From Tilletiaria anomala UBC 951 (Eukaryota), in contig NW_013547015.1 in assembly GCF_000711695.1 (NCBI RefSeq), positions 186,001 through 250,000 on the forward strand: a stretch of DNA of 64,000 nucleotides, written 5' to 3'. The notes below the pieces were generated by a model. It saw only the letters and a program-made list of their open reading frames with translations, searched no databases and was not told the origin of the DNA. Shown one piece after another: positions 36,804 to 49,700 of the stretch (position 1 is its first letter; each line of letters opens with the position of its first letter). The translations under genes and the position numbers were made by a program.

Positions 36804-38643
36804 CTATGGCTCGAGTGGGTTGGGCTGATACATGACGGGGTAGGCCTTGCCTCGCACAGCCCAAAGCCCCCAATTGGCCTTCACAGCGACACGTGGGTCA
36901 AAGTCAGCTATCATCGGATGAAATGATAGAAGAACGGCAGACAATTAGCATGCATGAGCAAGCCCACAAACCTCACCAGACAGTGTAACTCACCCACGGC
37001 CCATTGCTGGCTAGCAAATACATTCTCTCCTGGCGTGATCAGCCACTCAAATTCCCCCCTCACACCTTCCACGCTCTCGAAAGCGAGTACGTCCCGCTCC
37101 ACATCAGCAGGCGAGAATCCCGTCGAGATGAGTGCACACTTGGTGCTCAGGATCTGTTGGATGGCCAGCGCCCATTCACGCTGTGCTTGAACGATTGGAG
37201 CAGTGGTCAGCGAAGTGAGCGGATCGGTCGTATAACGCGGTACAGCGGGGGGTGGTTCGCGCGCGGGTACATCGCCACCGGCAGGTGCTGCGTCTGGCTC
37301 GACCGATCGAAGATGCTGGTTGCCGGCAGCGCCGGCATAGTACGTCTCGCGCGCCTCCTTTGTCCGCTTGGCGTCCTGCTCCTCCTCAAGCCTTGCTTGC
37401 GCCATCTCGTCGACGGCCACTTGGCTCGGGAAACCAAAGCCTGGGGAAAAGGCAAAGAAGACGTCCGTGTATGGATCGAAGGGCTCGAGTTGCGCGTGAA
37501 CTTGCTCATAGTTGCATTGCAATGTCGTCAGCGTCAGACCTTCCGATACGACCAGCGATCGACTGGGCACACCCCAATTCGCCTTGCGCAAGCGATTCTT
37601 GTGCGCCGATACGTGCTGCGGCCCACCCGTGACGGCATTCATGTCAATCTTGTCCTTCTCGGAGACGGCTGGGCCGGCCGGGTGGAGCGGGTCGACGGGG
37701 ATGACTGCTTCTGGACCGATGAGGAAGACGTGGAGGGGTACCCCTGGGAAACAGTAGGTGAGCTGGTCCCACACTGCTGGTGGCAGTGTCGCCTCTGCCC
37801 GTGCACCGACAACAAAGATGCGAACAACGTCCAACGAAGGCTTCTCGCCAACTTGCGGATGAAGAGTCTGCCTTAGCGCTGCATGGAAGGGAGTTCAAAT
37901 GTAAACGTCTCGCATGAAGCTGCACTCGTTTATAAACACTCACCAATCATGCTCCTGAGGCCTTCGTGAGTCAGGCGCGAGCTCCGCTTCGTGTAAGGGC
38001 TGTTCTCATGAATCACCCCAGACACTGTGCAAGGGAAAGTGAGTAGCTTGGAAACGTGCCGTCTGGACCGTTCCGTCTCGATGCTGGTGAAGTTTCTCGT
38101 GTAGAAGAACACGTCCCAATTGCTCATGTTGATCACCTCCTCGAATCCTTGTGGGCCTGGTAGCTTGAATTCGTGCATCTCTCTCCCGCTTCGTAGATCG
38201 TGCTCGTCCTCATTTGCTTCCCGCAGCCTGGTGACGTACTTGCCATGCTCTGGGTCTTCCCTCCATTCCTTCTCGCTGTAGTGCGTAGGCCAGCCGCAGT
38301 CGGGACACTCGAATCGAACCGGTCTGCGGACGCCGTCTCGAGCCATACTGACCGGGCACGGAGCAAGCGCCCGGACTCGTTCTCCACGCGCTTGCATGGC
38401 CGGGATCGGAGACTTGGATAGAGGGTGGAAGAGGTCATCTTGGCTGAGAATCGGCTGCCGACGAGGGAAAGCGGTTTCTTGTTCTGCAGCACTGCTTTTC
38501 TTTCCAAAGGAAAGACCGAAGAGAGAACGTTGCTGGGGTGCAGGAAGCGTGGAAGGCCCGCTCAGAGTCGACCCGTGCTGAAAGGCCCCGTTGCGCGTGA
38601 AGAAGCTCGCCGAGAGCGACCTCGAAGTGCCGGCCCTCGTCAT
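36804..38643 (-). CDS. MSS51: Mss51, mitochondrial COX1 translational activator/chaperone
   Basis: DLFHPLSKSP, FECPDCGWPTH, LREANEDEHDLRSGR, NWDVFFYTRNF, GARAEATLP, FDPYTDVF and LITPGENVFAS. Last exon ends ANWGLWAVRGKAYPV. Confidence 0.93.
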
Positions 38644-39032
38644 CTTGACCGTGTTCACTGCCTTTGGCAGTAGGTCAGCTGTAGATGCAATCTCAGTACC
38701 AGACCGTTAACGATCGCACCGTTGACAGTATGCGTGAATATGGAATGATGATGTGCATTTGAAAATCTGAGATCGTCTGAAGGGTTTTGGAGGTGATGGC
38801 CAGCAGCTTCTGTCCACTACAAGCCGCGCTACCGAAACAGTTGTGCCCCCTGCCTTCCGCCCCGCCTGCTTGTCTAATGCGTTTACATTGACTGATGAGG
38901 ATCCACAGAAGCCGATGTCATCGACATCACTTTAACGTCTCCATAGCAGCCCAAAGTACCATCCCAGTTGGCGAGGTTCTCGAGCGCAGTCAGCCGGCAC
39001 ATCCCAGCTCAAACTGCAATAGCTAGACAGAC

Positions 39033-39594
39033 ATGGCGGCCTACGTCCTCGCACCCATCGCTGGCGCGTTCGTCGCGACTTCGTTGATATACTCGATGCG
39101 GCACAAGGTCCGCACAGACACTCAAGCCTTCGTGACCGCGCTCCAACAATCGCGCGCCGTTTTGGATAACCTGGACGAAGAGCTATCAGCGGGTTCCGAA
39201 GCCAGTGGAAACCGTCAGAAAGTGTTCCCACCGTCGTACGTGCGCCCGACACGGCCGACTTTAGCAGAGGAGATGAAAGCACGATGGAATGTGAGTACCA
39301 GACCGAGAGTCCCCGTGTTTCCAACGCATGCATCTTGACATCGTGTCAACCGCGCAGGAACATCTGACGGGCTTTATCAAACAAACCTCGGAAATTGAAT
39401 GGGACTCGGTCTTCCGAAACGCCTACAACAAAGTTAAGGGCGTTGTCGAGGAGGTCGCACCATCATCAGAAAGCGCATTCTCTCAAATATCAGGCGGAGC
39501 GACGCTGCGAGATCCCGTGCCGAAAGCCCCCGGCGATCCTCGATTGCTGCAACCTAACACGTACTATCTTGGACAAGGCACGAGCTTGCGATGA
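39033..39594 (+). CDS. Small mitochondrial membrane protein, MICOS Mic12-like
   Basis: N-terminal TM segment (IAGAFVATSLIY) and a LAEEMKARWN-EHL...IEWD motif. Intron 39291-39357. Confidence 0.55.
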
Positions 39595-39857
39595 GATGTG
39601 TGTACGTGACACAGAGGAATGGATAGAACATAGGCTTGACGCATTGAGGCAAACACTTTGTGCAAAATGACTCATGAATTGCTGTAGGTCCCTTATTTCT
39701 ATTCCTGAAGCTACATGCTAGACCAAATGAAGGAGGTCAGATTCCGTTGAATTGACTGACACATCTCGAGTGTGGAACACGTCTAGTCCCTCGCAAAGCG
39801 GAAGCTTCTCCTTCTCACGGGCGTCTGCAAAGCAGCCGCAGCAAAAACGGTGCTCGA

Positions 39858-42800
39858 CTAAGTTGGCGCGGCCGCGCTCGTGGTGGAAGCAGACAATATC
39901 GCTGCCCCAGGCGAGGCGGAGTCCGATTTGGCACTCGCCGAATTGTTGCTGACCGGCGCTCCGTAGTCACCAGCAGGGGCTGAGCCAGTGAGCGAAGCAA
40001 CGGCTGCCTGTGAAGGTTGGTCCGCATCAGACGGTGCTGCCGCGCTGGCGGCAGAGTTGGAGCCGGAGGCGATGGCATCGCCTGCAGGGAAGCCACTGGG
40101 AGCAGTTGCGGTGTTAGTGCCGGCAGCCGACGATGCAGTCGCGGTTGCAGTCGGCAAGCCCGATGGGAAGGCTTGGCTGACTGCCTGAGCGACGCTATCG
40201 GAATTGGAACTGGAGTCGTCACCGTCGGTGCTGTCGGTTTGGGGCACGTACGAATCGCCTGCCGGAGAGTTGACAGCAGGTGAAGCTGCCAAACTGGAGG
40301 AAACCGTGCTACTCGCTGCAACGACACTAGAGGTGACAGAACTTGCAGTCCCTAGGCTTGGCGTCGCGGCGACAGGGGCAGCACTGGGGAAGACGTTGGA
40401 AGCAGATGTGACGGCAGACGGAATTGAGGAAGAAGCGACGGAAGTGGAAGACGCTGCGTCCGGAACATGCGACAGAGGAGCAGGAGCCGAGGCCACATTA
40501 GACGTAACCGGGTTGGGAGCGACTACATCCGTCGCTGGCGGCTCTGAAGCAGCCGCTACAGCCCCAGGAGCCGAGGAGCTCGAAGACGCAGAGCCATCAC
40601 CACTGGAGGACGCGGCATCTCCACTAGGGTCAGGGATGAAGACGAGCTTTACACCAGAGCTAGGCTTGGAGGAATCAACCATTGTGGGTGAGGTGGCAGT
40701 GGTGTTCTGCTGTTGTGCTGCTCCGGACGATGTGCCAATCGTCGAAATGGACGGCTGGGTAGCAGACTGAGAAGCGGGTCCCACCGTTTGTCCTAAGAAA
40801 GGCTCAATAATGCCGGTCTGCGGGTCAAACAAAAAGGTCTGACTCAGATTGGAATCAACCTTGTCGGCGCCGCATGACTCCATACGGAGGGTCGAAGGAG
40901 GAGTCTTATCGACAGATGCGCAGACTATATCGCTCTTGCCTGTCGCGAGATTGTAGATGTACGCCTCCAGTGCGACACTCTTCAAGGTGTTACTGCCGGT
41001 CGTGACGTTGACAGGAACCATTGTGAGCGTGGATCCGGTTTGCGAGGTGGAAGGGCTGAGGAGCATGGACGCGTTCGCAGGTCCGCCAACCGTAGAACTC
41101 TGCGTCGTGTTGTCCATCAGCATTCCACCGCCGAGACTGCCAAGCAGACCTCCCGAGCTTTTACCAGCGGAGGAACCACTGGTGGCACCCCCAAGACCGG
41201 AAAGGGGAGTCAGAACGAGCGAAGCGACTTGTTGCGCCAGGCCGTTCTGAAAGAGACCGCCTGCGAGGGGAGCCAGGACGCCAATCACACCGTTAAGACT
41301 GGACGTGAGGCCATTGATATTTCCAGGTGAAGAGCTGCCAGATGCACCACTTCCACCAAGACCGCCAACAAGGCGCTTCTCGATGTACTCATTGTCATCT
41401 GATCCACTGTCGCTGTCGATGCCAGCATTGAGTTGGAAATGGTTGATTTCATCCGAATCACCGCCCAGGAGCTGGACATCAAAGCCGTTGAGTTTGATAA
41501 AGTCTTGGCCTTGAAGCTCGCCCTGACGGCGTTGCATCGACATGAGCTCAGCCACCGAGCGCGCTTTGAATTTCTTGCCTTTGCCTCCGCTGCCTGCCTT
41601 CTTCTTGTTCTTCTTACTCTTCTTGCTCTTCTTGCTCTTACTCTTGCTTTTCTTGCCCTTCGAGGACGACCTCTCGTCACTGCCCTTCGATTTCTCAGTC
41701 TTGTTTTTCTTTCTCTTGCCATGATGATCGTGGTAGATGCTCCTACGGCTGTACGCAGAGTCGGAGCCCGCTGCAGACCCAGAGCTAGAGTCAGAGTCGG
41801 CTGCAGCGTAATCGGACGCGTAGCCCGCGGCGTCAGACGAATCGCCGGATGACGCGGTGCTGTCGCCACCAGCAGCCATATCGTCGCCGGCGATCGCGGC
41901 CGGTTGCATCGAGCTCGAGTCGCTCGCAGGTGCGGTCGCAGCGCTAGTTGCAGCTGCGGGAGCAGGTGGTGTGTACGCGTCGCCTGCAGGCGCGGCTGCC
42001 GCAGTCGGCACTGCCGGTGCCACTTGGGCTTGCGTCGTAGGCGTAGGCACCGCACTGGTCGGAGGGTGCCACATACCATCGTCAAAGGTGTGCGTAGTAG
42101 TGATGGCAGATGCGACCGCCGCAGAAGCTGCAGCAATGCCACTCATAGCTGCGTTCGCCCCGACAGCAGCACCTGCCTCCATGGCTGACTCAAGCTCAGC
42201 AGCCGTGGCGGCGTACGGCACCATCTGGAGGTACTGGTTCGCCGCGTCTGCACCCTGACCGGCGCCTTGGAGCATCTGGCCGTTGCAAGGCACAGCCCGC
42301 CAGGCTGCGGACGTCGCGTCCGTAGTGGTAGTGTCGACGGCCGCCATCTGCGCCGCACCGATTTGCACGGGGCCAGAACTGGAGGTGGGAATAGCCATCA
42401 GCGGGTATACCTTAAATGTTGAGCCAACAAGGTCCGGCAGCTGATCATTATCCGCAGCACCGCTGGAGCTAGCAGATGAGGACTTCAGAAAAGAAGGCAG
42501 AGGTCAATTAGTTTCGTGGGGCACGTATTGCTCGCGGGGTTATGAGTGACTCACAGCATTCTGGTCCTGCGCCGGGTCAACGGCCGGAACGTAAGGACCA
42601 GCAGTAGATCCAGTGAGACTACCGTTTCCGTCATCGGTAGCTACGGCGCGAGCAAAGGAGCTCGCCTTCTTAGGAACCGCCTGACTTGAGGAGCCCGACC
42701 CGTAAAGGGCAGGAGCAACTGACTTTGCGGATGAAGTGCCACTTGAGGCGGCAGCGGGTGGAGTGGAGGAGAGCAACGGCTTTGCGAGGGGAAAGATGGC

Positions 42801-42986
42801 GTCGTGTCTGCTTGGTTTGACGGTGGGGAACTGTTGCGAATTGGCCAAACGATTACTACCACCGCCCACAACGTTGCCCTCGAAAGGCGACACATTGTCG
42901 CGGCGGACGATGACCCTTGCATTAACGCCCGCACTGGAGGTGATGGCCGAGGCTAGGAGGAGAAAAGAGGGAGACAGTTGAACCAT
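39858..42986 (-). CDS. Secreted Ser/Ala/Thr-rich protein with dibasic processing sites (~1018 aa)
   Basis: Signal peptide MVQLSPSFLLLASAITSSAGVNA. Intron 42483-42554 joins the 148-aa and 846-aa ORFs in frame. Several RR/KR sites. Confidence 0.8.
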
Positions 42987-44406
42987 GATGCCTTTCTCTG
43001 ATCGACGAAGGTGGGAGAGGTGATGGAGTCTATCGAGATCAACTCGATGGGAAAGGAAAGGATTTTGGAGAGACTAGCTCGTCCGAAGTTGGTTAGGGAT
43101 AGTGTGAGGATTGGGGAGGAGTGGAGATAGGAAAGAAGGCCGCCAAGCTAAGCCTGTAGCCAGGCGATTGAGGGGGGAAGGAATGAGTGTGCGATGCAAG
43201 GATGAGGGGAATAGGAAAGGTGAGTGATGGGAGGGAAGAAGGAAGTAGAGATGGAGGGTATTGTTACCATAGAACATAATAGCCAGATGGAGAGATATCC
43301 AATCCTTTGTTGGTGGTCAGCGGTCAGTGGCGGTCGTGCAGGGTTGCGGACGAGCAGATGGACGAGACACTCTCTCAGCACGGCCTCGACGCTCACTCCC
43401 ACAAGGACTGGACACTTCAACCACCCCTTTCAAGCCGGAACCCGTGCCAATGGCAGGATTTCGAAGGCTGTCCGCGCCCTGCTGCCCCTGACGAGTCCCC
43501 TACTTCCTTTGGGTAGGCCAGGGCGGCGTCGTCGATCGAACAGGCTTCGCCCTGACCCATCCTTAAGCGTTTGAGCAGCCACGTTGCATCCCGTGAGACG
43601 GACAGCCGTGAGGGTTGTGTGGCCTGCTGTTGCCTAGGACCACGCACGCAGAAACAAATTTCAGCCTTGAAGAGTAGTCCGTTGCCAATTCAGGGCGGGT
43701 AGATTCTACACGACCCCCCGTCTGCCCTAAAGGGTATCTGGCTCCGCAGATCTTTGCCCCAGGCTCTGATGCAGTCACAGAGCGGCATACAGAGAGGATC
43801 AGTGAAGATCGCGATGAAGGCGTCATCGGGAGCCTGGAGACAGTGCGGCGGCGAATGCAGTGAAGGAAACATCCTTAACGAGCCGTTGGGGCACCAACGG
43901 TCGACCTTAAAAAGTGGGAGAAAGTGCGGGTCTGTGTGTGGTGGTGCCGACCGGTGCCGAACCATCGAGCCCAGGCGTGAAAACTCTTGTTGCCTGTTTC
44001 TCGTGCGGTCCATATTCTTGAGCCTCGAGGCTCTTCTGCATGGTGGGGGACATGGACAAATGCTGCCTTCTGGATGCGATCAGCAAGGCAAACCACAAGT
44101 GAGATGACAGAGATTCGGACAAGTGCGAATGCACAAACAAAAAGGTGGGTGGTTGGAGCACTGCTGAGCCGATGCGGCAAGTTCCGCGCGAGTGCGGAGA
44201 ACGAGGCAATACCGCGATTGCGCCTGCTGGCTCGTGCTGTCAATTATGCCGCATGCTGTGTGTTTGACTAACTGCCTATACACCCTATGGATTCAATATG
44301 CTCATGCTCGTTCACATACATTCACGGCCACTTTCTTTCCCTCTGGAAGTCCTCCAGTCTGCGTAAAGTTTCTGCACAGTAAGGAACGAGGGCACAGCGA
44401 AGCAGT

Positions 44407-46071
44407 ATGAGCGGATATGATGAACACCAGCGTCTTCGGACGAAGGCGGTGCGCTTACTGTCCAAGAAGAACTATCCTGCGGCGATCGCACTGCTGTACG
44501 AAGGCAGTATGAAGATGCTACAGGCGGGGGAGCAAGGTAGTGGCTGTGACTTGGCCATATACATGATCGACGTCTATGGACAGGCTGGTGTGGAACTGGA
44601 TAAGACAAGCAGAGGTGCGACTGCTTCCGACGACCCGCAGACATGGTCGAATTGCACAGAGCTGAGCTTGGGTCTGTGCTCGATTACCCTTTCTTCAGAT
44701 CGCATCTTCCAGATCCTCAAGCTGGCAAAGGCCGACTTTTGGCGGAAAAAGCTAACGGATGCAGCGGTAAAGTGGGTAAGACATTGTATTTGGCCATTAC
44801 AAATGGCTTGTCTAACACTCTGAGATAACTTTCAGATGGTCGACCAAGGCATCTGGTGCCGATGGCGACCCAGCACTGCGCTACGAGGTTGCAAAGTTAC
44901 TCTGGAAGGAAGGATCCTATTTGCAAGCAGAGCCCCATTTCCATGCTTCGATTCCCGCTCCCTCAGACGACAATGTCGCGTCCGACTCGACCGAGCTCCA
45001 GGAGGCTCCAGCGAATCTCGGCTCGATGATGGTTGATTGGCTGGAAGTACACGCGACCAAGAGTGTTGAGCTTCGCTCGCACGGAAAGTCGGGAGAGGAT
45101 AAGGACGGACCAGACGCTGCAGCTATCCAGCGGATCGAAGCGGGTCGCTTTGCACTCAGAGGCCTCTTTCTGTGAGCAGACGCGGCAGTGCAATGATTAA
45201 AAACGGCAGGTGATACTGAAGACAGTCTCCGCGACCACCATGTGCAGGCTATTGATCGCAGGAAAAGTACCTGCTGCCCACTCTTACCTTAAAAGCTTCA
45301 TCTCGAAGCTCGTCGCACACCCCGCATGCAAGACTCTGCCGCTGCCGATGGAGCCAAATCCGCGCACTTTCTCGCCACCAGCAGGCGTGAATGCTCCTCC
45401 CGCCCGGCAAATTACGCCTTCAGGCGAGCAGAGCGATTATGTACAACCGCTGTGGCTCACTGCGAACGCGGACATCAATTTCGCACAAATGTGTCTCGGG
45501 CTAGTAGATTGCGCTTGGAGAGTGAAGGGTGAGGCAAAGGGCTTGAGCCAGTCCGAGCGCGGCGCGGCGCGGGCTCCGGATGCGCTGCGTAATGCGTGGA
45601 TCGCTCTGGCGCGGCAGTATGTCAAGCAGGGCGTGGCAGGCAGTGTCGACGACGTGGTAGGAGAGGTGAGCATATATTGAAATGGAGGGGAGGCGTAGAG
45701 AGCTCCACTGAAGCTTTCATTCGTTCACCTGGCTGTTGCAGGGCATCAATACTCTCTCAGGGCTTTTCTTTGATCTCCAACCACCAAGAGCCCAAGGCAA
45801 CATGCTTGCCGACATGATGTCTTCCCTTTTCGGCGGATCGTCAAGCAGTCCAGCGGCAGCAGCACCGAAAGGCGCCAAATGGGTCACTTACAAACGCTAT
45901 TCAGAGCCAGTCATCTTGACGGAAGAAGAGGACGAAGAAAGGACTGAAGCGGAAACAGACTCTCTCGCACAACCAAAGGGACAGTCGCAGGCGCAAGGGT
46001 CAAAGGGGGCCACGGCGTCTGGAGGAGCGTCAGCGCCTGTCGCGCCACCTGTCGAGGAGGATCTGGATTGA
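44407..46071 (+). CDS. GET4: GET pathway protein Get4 (DUF410)
   Basis: YDEHQRLRT..RL, LLYEGS..LQAGEQGSGCDL, GDPALRY, AEPHF and C-terminal NMLADMMSSLFGG. Four GT-AG introns. Confidence 0.88.
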
Positions 46072-46859
46072 GCCGATTTGGCTTGTATTAAAAGCTGTTA
46101 ATCAAAGACATGTGGATCACTTCGTCTCTAAATCATTCGAGGAAGAAATTTGACCAAGAAGTGTCGGAAACGAAATTCGTTTGGACTGAAGATCATTACA
46201 TTTCAATTAGAGCGGAGCGATCGCGCCAACTGCGCAGTTCCTTATACATATAGTTGCAGATCCGTAGCGTAACTCCATGATACCGATCATCGACAAGCCA
46301 AATTCCTCAGCTTTCCTCGACACCCTAGGCAGGGTCGTATCCATCGCACTAGGAGATAATTTGCGGCATGGACCATTCGGAGATGTACCGCTCCACATCC
46401 GGGACGTCAAATTGTTCCGTCAACCACGAGAGGCGGCCGAAGCATGGACGCACCCTGCTCGCTGCGTTCGCGTGCGTTCATATATCGCAGAAGCTTTTGC
46501 ATCCGGGACCGGATTTGCGATTGGTCGTCGGCGCCGCACTGGGTTGATTGTTCCCAACCCGAATGGTAGAACTCACCCGATTGTAGAAGCTTAACTGCCA
46601 AACCAGCCGCCAGCTCCCATCTGTTGCTGCGCATCGATGACAGCTAGTACAAGCTCCGCAAGCGATCAAGTCCTGGATTCCAGCTCTTGTATGAAATCCG
46701 ATACAAACACTCGCGTTAATGCGCGAAGGTGATGGGGCATGGGGTCACTGTTGTATAGAGTCACACTGGCCTAGAATACAAGACATCCTCGCCTTCAATA
46801 TGCCGTACGTGCTGCCACCTTACTACATTGCTGCTGGGCGAAAATACGACTATCTCTGG

Positions 46860-48116
46860 TTAAATGTCATCGTCCATGTTTGCTGGGATTTGAACAGTCT
46901 CGCCAGGCTTGAACGCGGGAAGACCTAAGTTAAGAAGGGCAGGGTAAGCTTCACGATCAATCACAAAGGAAAGACGAGCAAAATACACACCAAGGTAAGG
47001 GCAACTTGAGCAACGGAAAGCATCGCCGAGGAAACAGCTCCCACAACTGCTCGTTGCGCCTTTGGTCTCGACATGGATGCGCTTGACCTTCTTCTCCTTT
47101 CCGTCCGCGCCCATAACGGTCTCAATGACCTCGCGACGAATGACACCCGAATCTTGCTTCTTTGCGTCCGGAAGGTCATTGTCCTCCTCCGCCAATTGAA
47201 CTATCTCCTGTTGCCATTGTCCAGTCCCAGATGCGGCAACGGCGTCCTCAGCGTCTTGCAGCTCCCGCAGACCGCATGTGCAGTCCTTGCATGCCTTCTT
47301 TCGCTTTGTGCCACCTGTAGCTGAGAAGCCTGGCTGGACCGGCGGACAGTCTGAGCCCCGCACCGCGTTCGGGTTGATCTTGTCGGCGGCAGTGAGGAGC
47401 GCTTCGGCATCTATGAGTGGGGCGTTGCTGTTGGGCGTCGTCGCCCACAGGGCTTTCTTCGCCGCCTTGCTACCGGCGCTTCTGTTTATCCCTGCAGCGC
47501 TAGCTCCGTTGAGCTTCCGTCGCAATGGGAGAGCTGTGGAAGCTCCTGTAGATCCATTCGATGCTTCGGACGACCCTGCTGCCACCGGCTTCCGCCCTTG
47601 AATCCGCTGCTGCTGCCCATTTCCCTCGATGCTCAACTCCGCGAAGCCTGCAATCAGAAGCTCTGCCTTGACCTTCTTACCAAGGACTTCGATCTCATGT
47701 GCCGTTGTGGTGTTCGTGCCCGCATTCTCGACTGCAATGCTGGAGCCAGGTTCTAGCGCTGAAAACAGAGCTGTGAGGAGGACCGCATTCTGGGCTTCTT
47801 GTAAAGGCATGATCAAGTGCGCCGACTGGAATGCGCTGTCCGTCAAGGAAGATGCTGCCACCAGTCAGAGAGGATCGCGTTTGATCAGTGGTTGCTCAAG
47901 GTGGAAAGCGCACGTATGGTGATCGTGCGACTCACCTCCGTCGGTAATCCTGTCGCTCATGTACATCTCGACCTGCTTGGCTCCCCCTGCGGACTCCTGC
48001 TCAACGACACGCTGATAGGAGCCATCCTGGGCTGCAATCATGGAGCCGACGACCACCACCGGCTTTGACGACTGGGCCGCTGCGTGGCCATTGCCATTGA
48101 GTTCCGTGGCATCCAT
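46860..48116 (-). CDS. DRE2: Fe-S cluster assembly protein Dre2/anamorsin
   Basis: C...KKACKDCTCGL, SSCGSCFLGDAFRCSSCPYLG and LPAFKPGE. Introns ~47864-47935 and ~46926-46991. Confidence 0.95.
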
Positions 48117-49200
48117 TTTGATGTTCACTTCAATGTCGGGAACGGGTCGCTAGTTGCTAGCTTGACAATCCCGCTTTTAAGAAGAGTGCGGGTGTATGAA
48201 AAAAGTCGGAAGCTCGCTGCGAGCTCAAATACTAAAGCTCCAGATACAAATGCGCAATAGTTCAGAGATGTCCGTCAAAGCGCGCAAGCCTGTAGTGATA
48301 GAAACTAATACTGCCGAGCCGAAGAGTACAAGCGCGGTCGGACTTTGATGGAGCCCTCAGTGAGATTAGTGAGGTGACTGATGGCGGACTTGGCAGCCAA
48401 AATTTCGACGGACGTAAGCTGCTCCCCAGACTTTGACAGTCGAGTGTGGACTTCGAGAGTCACCGACTGGCGACCAATCACAACGCCACAACGGTGATGT
48501 GGATTTACACAAACGTTTCCAGCCTTGGTTAGGAGTTCGTCCATTGGCTGAATACTTGTTCACGGAGGCCCTATCATGTTCGGAATGCACCGCATGTACG
48601 GTTAGTTATTTGATACCTAGTCTGCATAGGCAAGATGCAGGGAGGACGATGCATACATTGACAAGATGTGGCGAAGAGATCGCACATTTTCCACGGCTGT
48701 GCAACCCTGCGTGAAGTGACAAGTAATTCTTGATCAGTACATGCGGGGGGAGATGCGGTCCCTGGCACGCTTGGTAATGACGCGCTATGGAAAAGGGCAT
48801 CACGCGCACGGCGCGACTGATGCTGCTTTGAGCGTCCTGCGTGTGAACCCTGGTATCCTTATGATCCATCTCGAGGCGAATCGCCGGTGTACACTATATG
48901 AGGAGTAGGGACATACCCTCGCAGCCTCGAGCGATGGCTAGCTGGTCGCTGACTTGCCAACGCCTGCTCGTATGATACGCTGCATTCCCTGTGCACTTCA
49001 CTGCTAGGTCGAAGGTTCTTTGAAGGGGACCGCTGTACGACATGGCTGTGGCACCCACCGATTTGCGAGACTGATCTCTACGCCTGCGAAGGGTGCCTAT
49101 GACCGCGATTTGCGAGAGCGCAAATTGGGCATGACCGTGATGCAACTCAGGTCCAAGGGTCTCGGCGTTGGCTGTGTTGCTGATAGGTCATCCCCTGTCG

Positions 49201-49577
49201 CTAGCTAGCAGCGTGTTGCTTTTGCTGGTACCATTCGACCACATCTTTCGACACATGGATATCCTTCACCCCCTTCTCTTCGAAGATTTGCTCCATCATG
49301 CGATTCCCGCGCCGTGTCATATAGTCAATGGCGCTAAAGTCGCGTTGACGAATACCGCCGCCTTGAGATGGATGTTGGAATGCGTGACGCAGGTAGATCA
49401 AGAAGTTGATGCGATTTTGCTGCAGTCAGCAAAGAATAAATGGTCAGCGAGTGATCTGCGAGGAGCATGGGACAGGCTCTGCTGGCGACTTACCACGGGC
49501 TTCGTGCGAATCAGGCGCAGGCCTCTTCGGTAGAGAGAAAGTACATCCTTTTGAGCCTGCGTGAGTCGCGGCGCCAT
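49201..49577 (-). CDS. SDH6: LYR-family succinate dehydrogenase assembly factor 1 (Sdh6/SDHAF1)
   Basis: Exon 1 encodes MAPRLTQAQKDVLSLYRRGLRLIRTKPV (LYR motif; absent from the ORF track). After a GTAAG intron, exon 2 encodes QNRINFLIYLRHAF...RDFSAIDYMTRRG. Confidence 0.8.
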
Positions 49578-49700
49578 GCTCTCTCCACGATTGATGAGCC
49601 TGAACAGCTATCCAATGCTAGTAATTGGTACCTGAAATGTGCGAACGCGTAATTGAGACTCCGGATAAGTAGAAAAGAAGCGCCGCACAAGCATCGTACA

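Noticed and set aside
38745..38900. ATGATGA...CTGA boxes (C/D snoRNA-like) and CTGATGAG (hammerhead-like core)
   Set aside because: No terminal stem or recognisable rRNA guide, and no stem II followed by GAAA for a hammerhead.
43091..43098. GGTTAGGG telomere-like 8-mer (also CTAACCCT at 61854)
   Set aside because: Single short matches expected by chance; no tandem array or supporting structure.
46207..46669. Short ORFs between convergent GET4 and DRE2
   Set aside because: No homology recognisable and no consistent exon structure.
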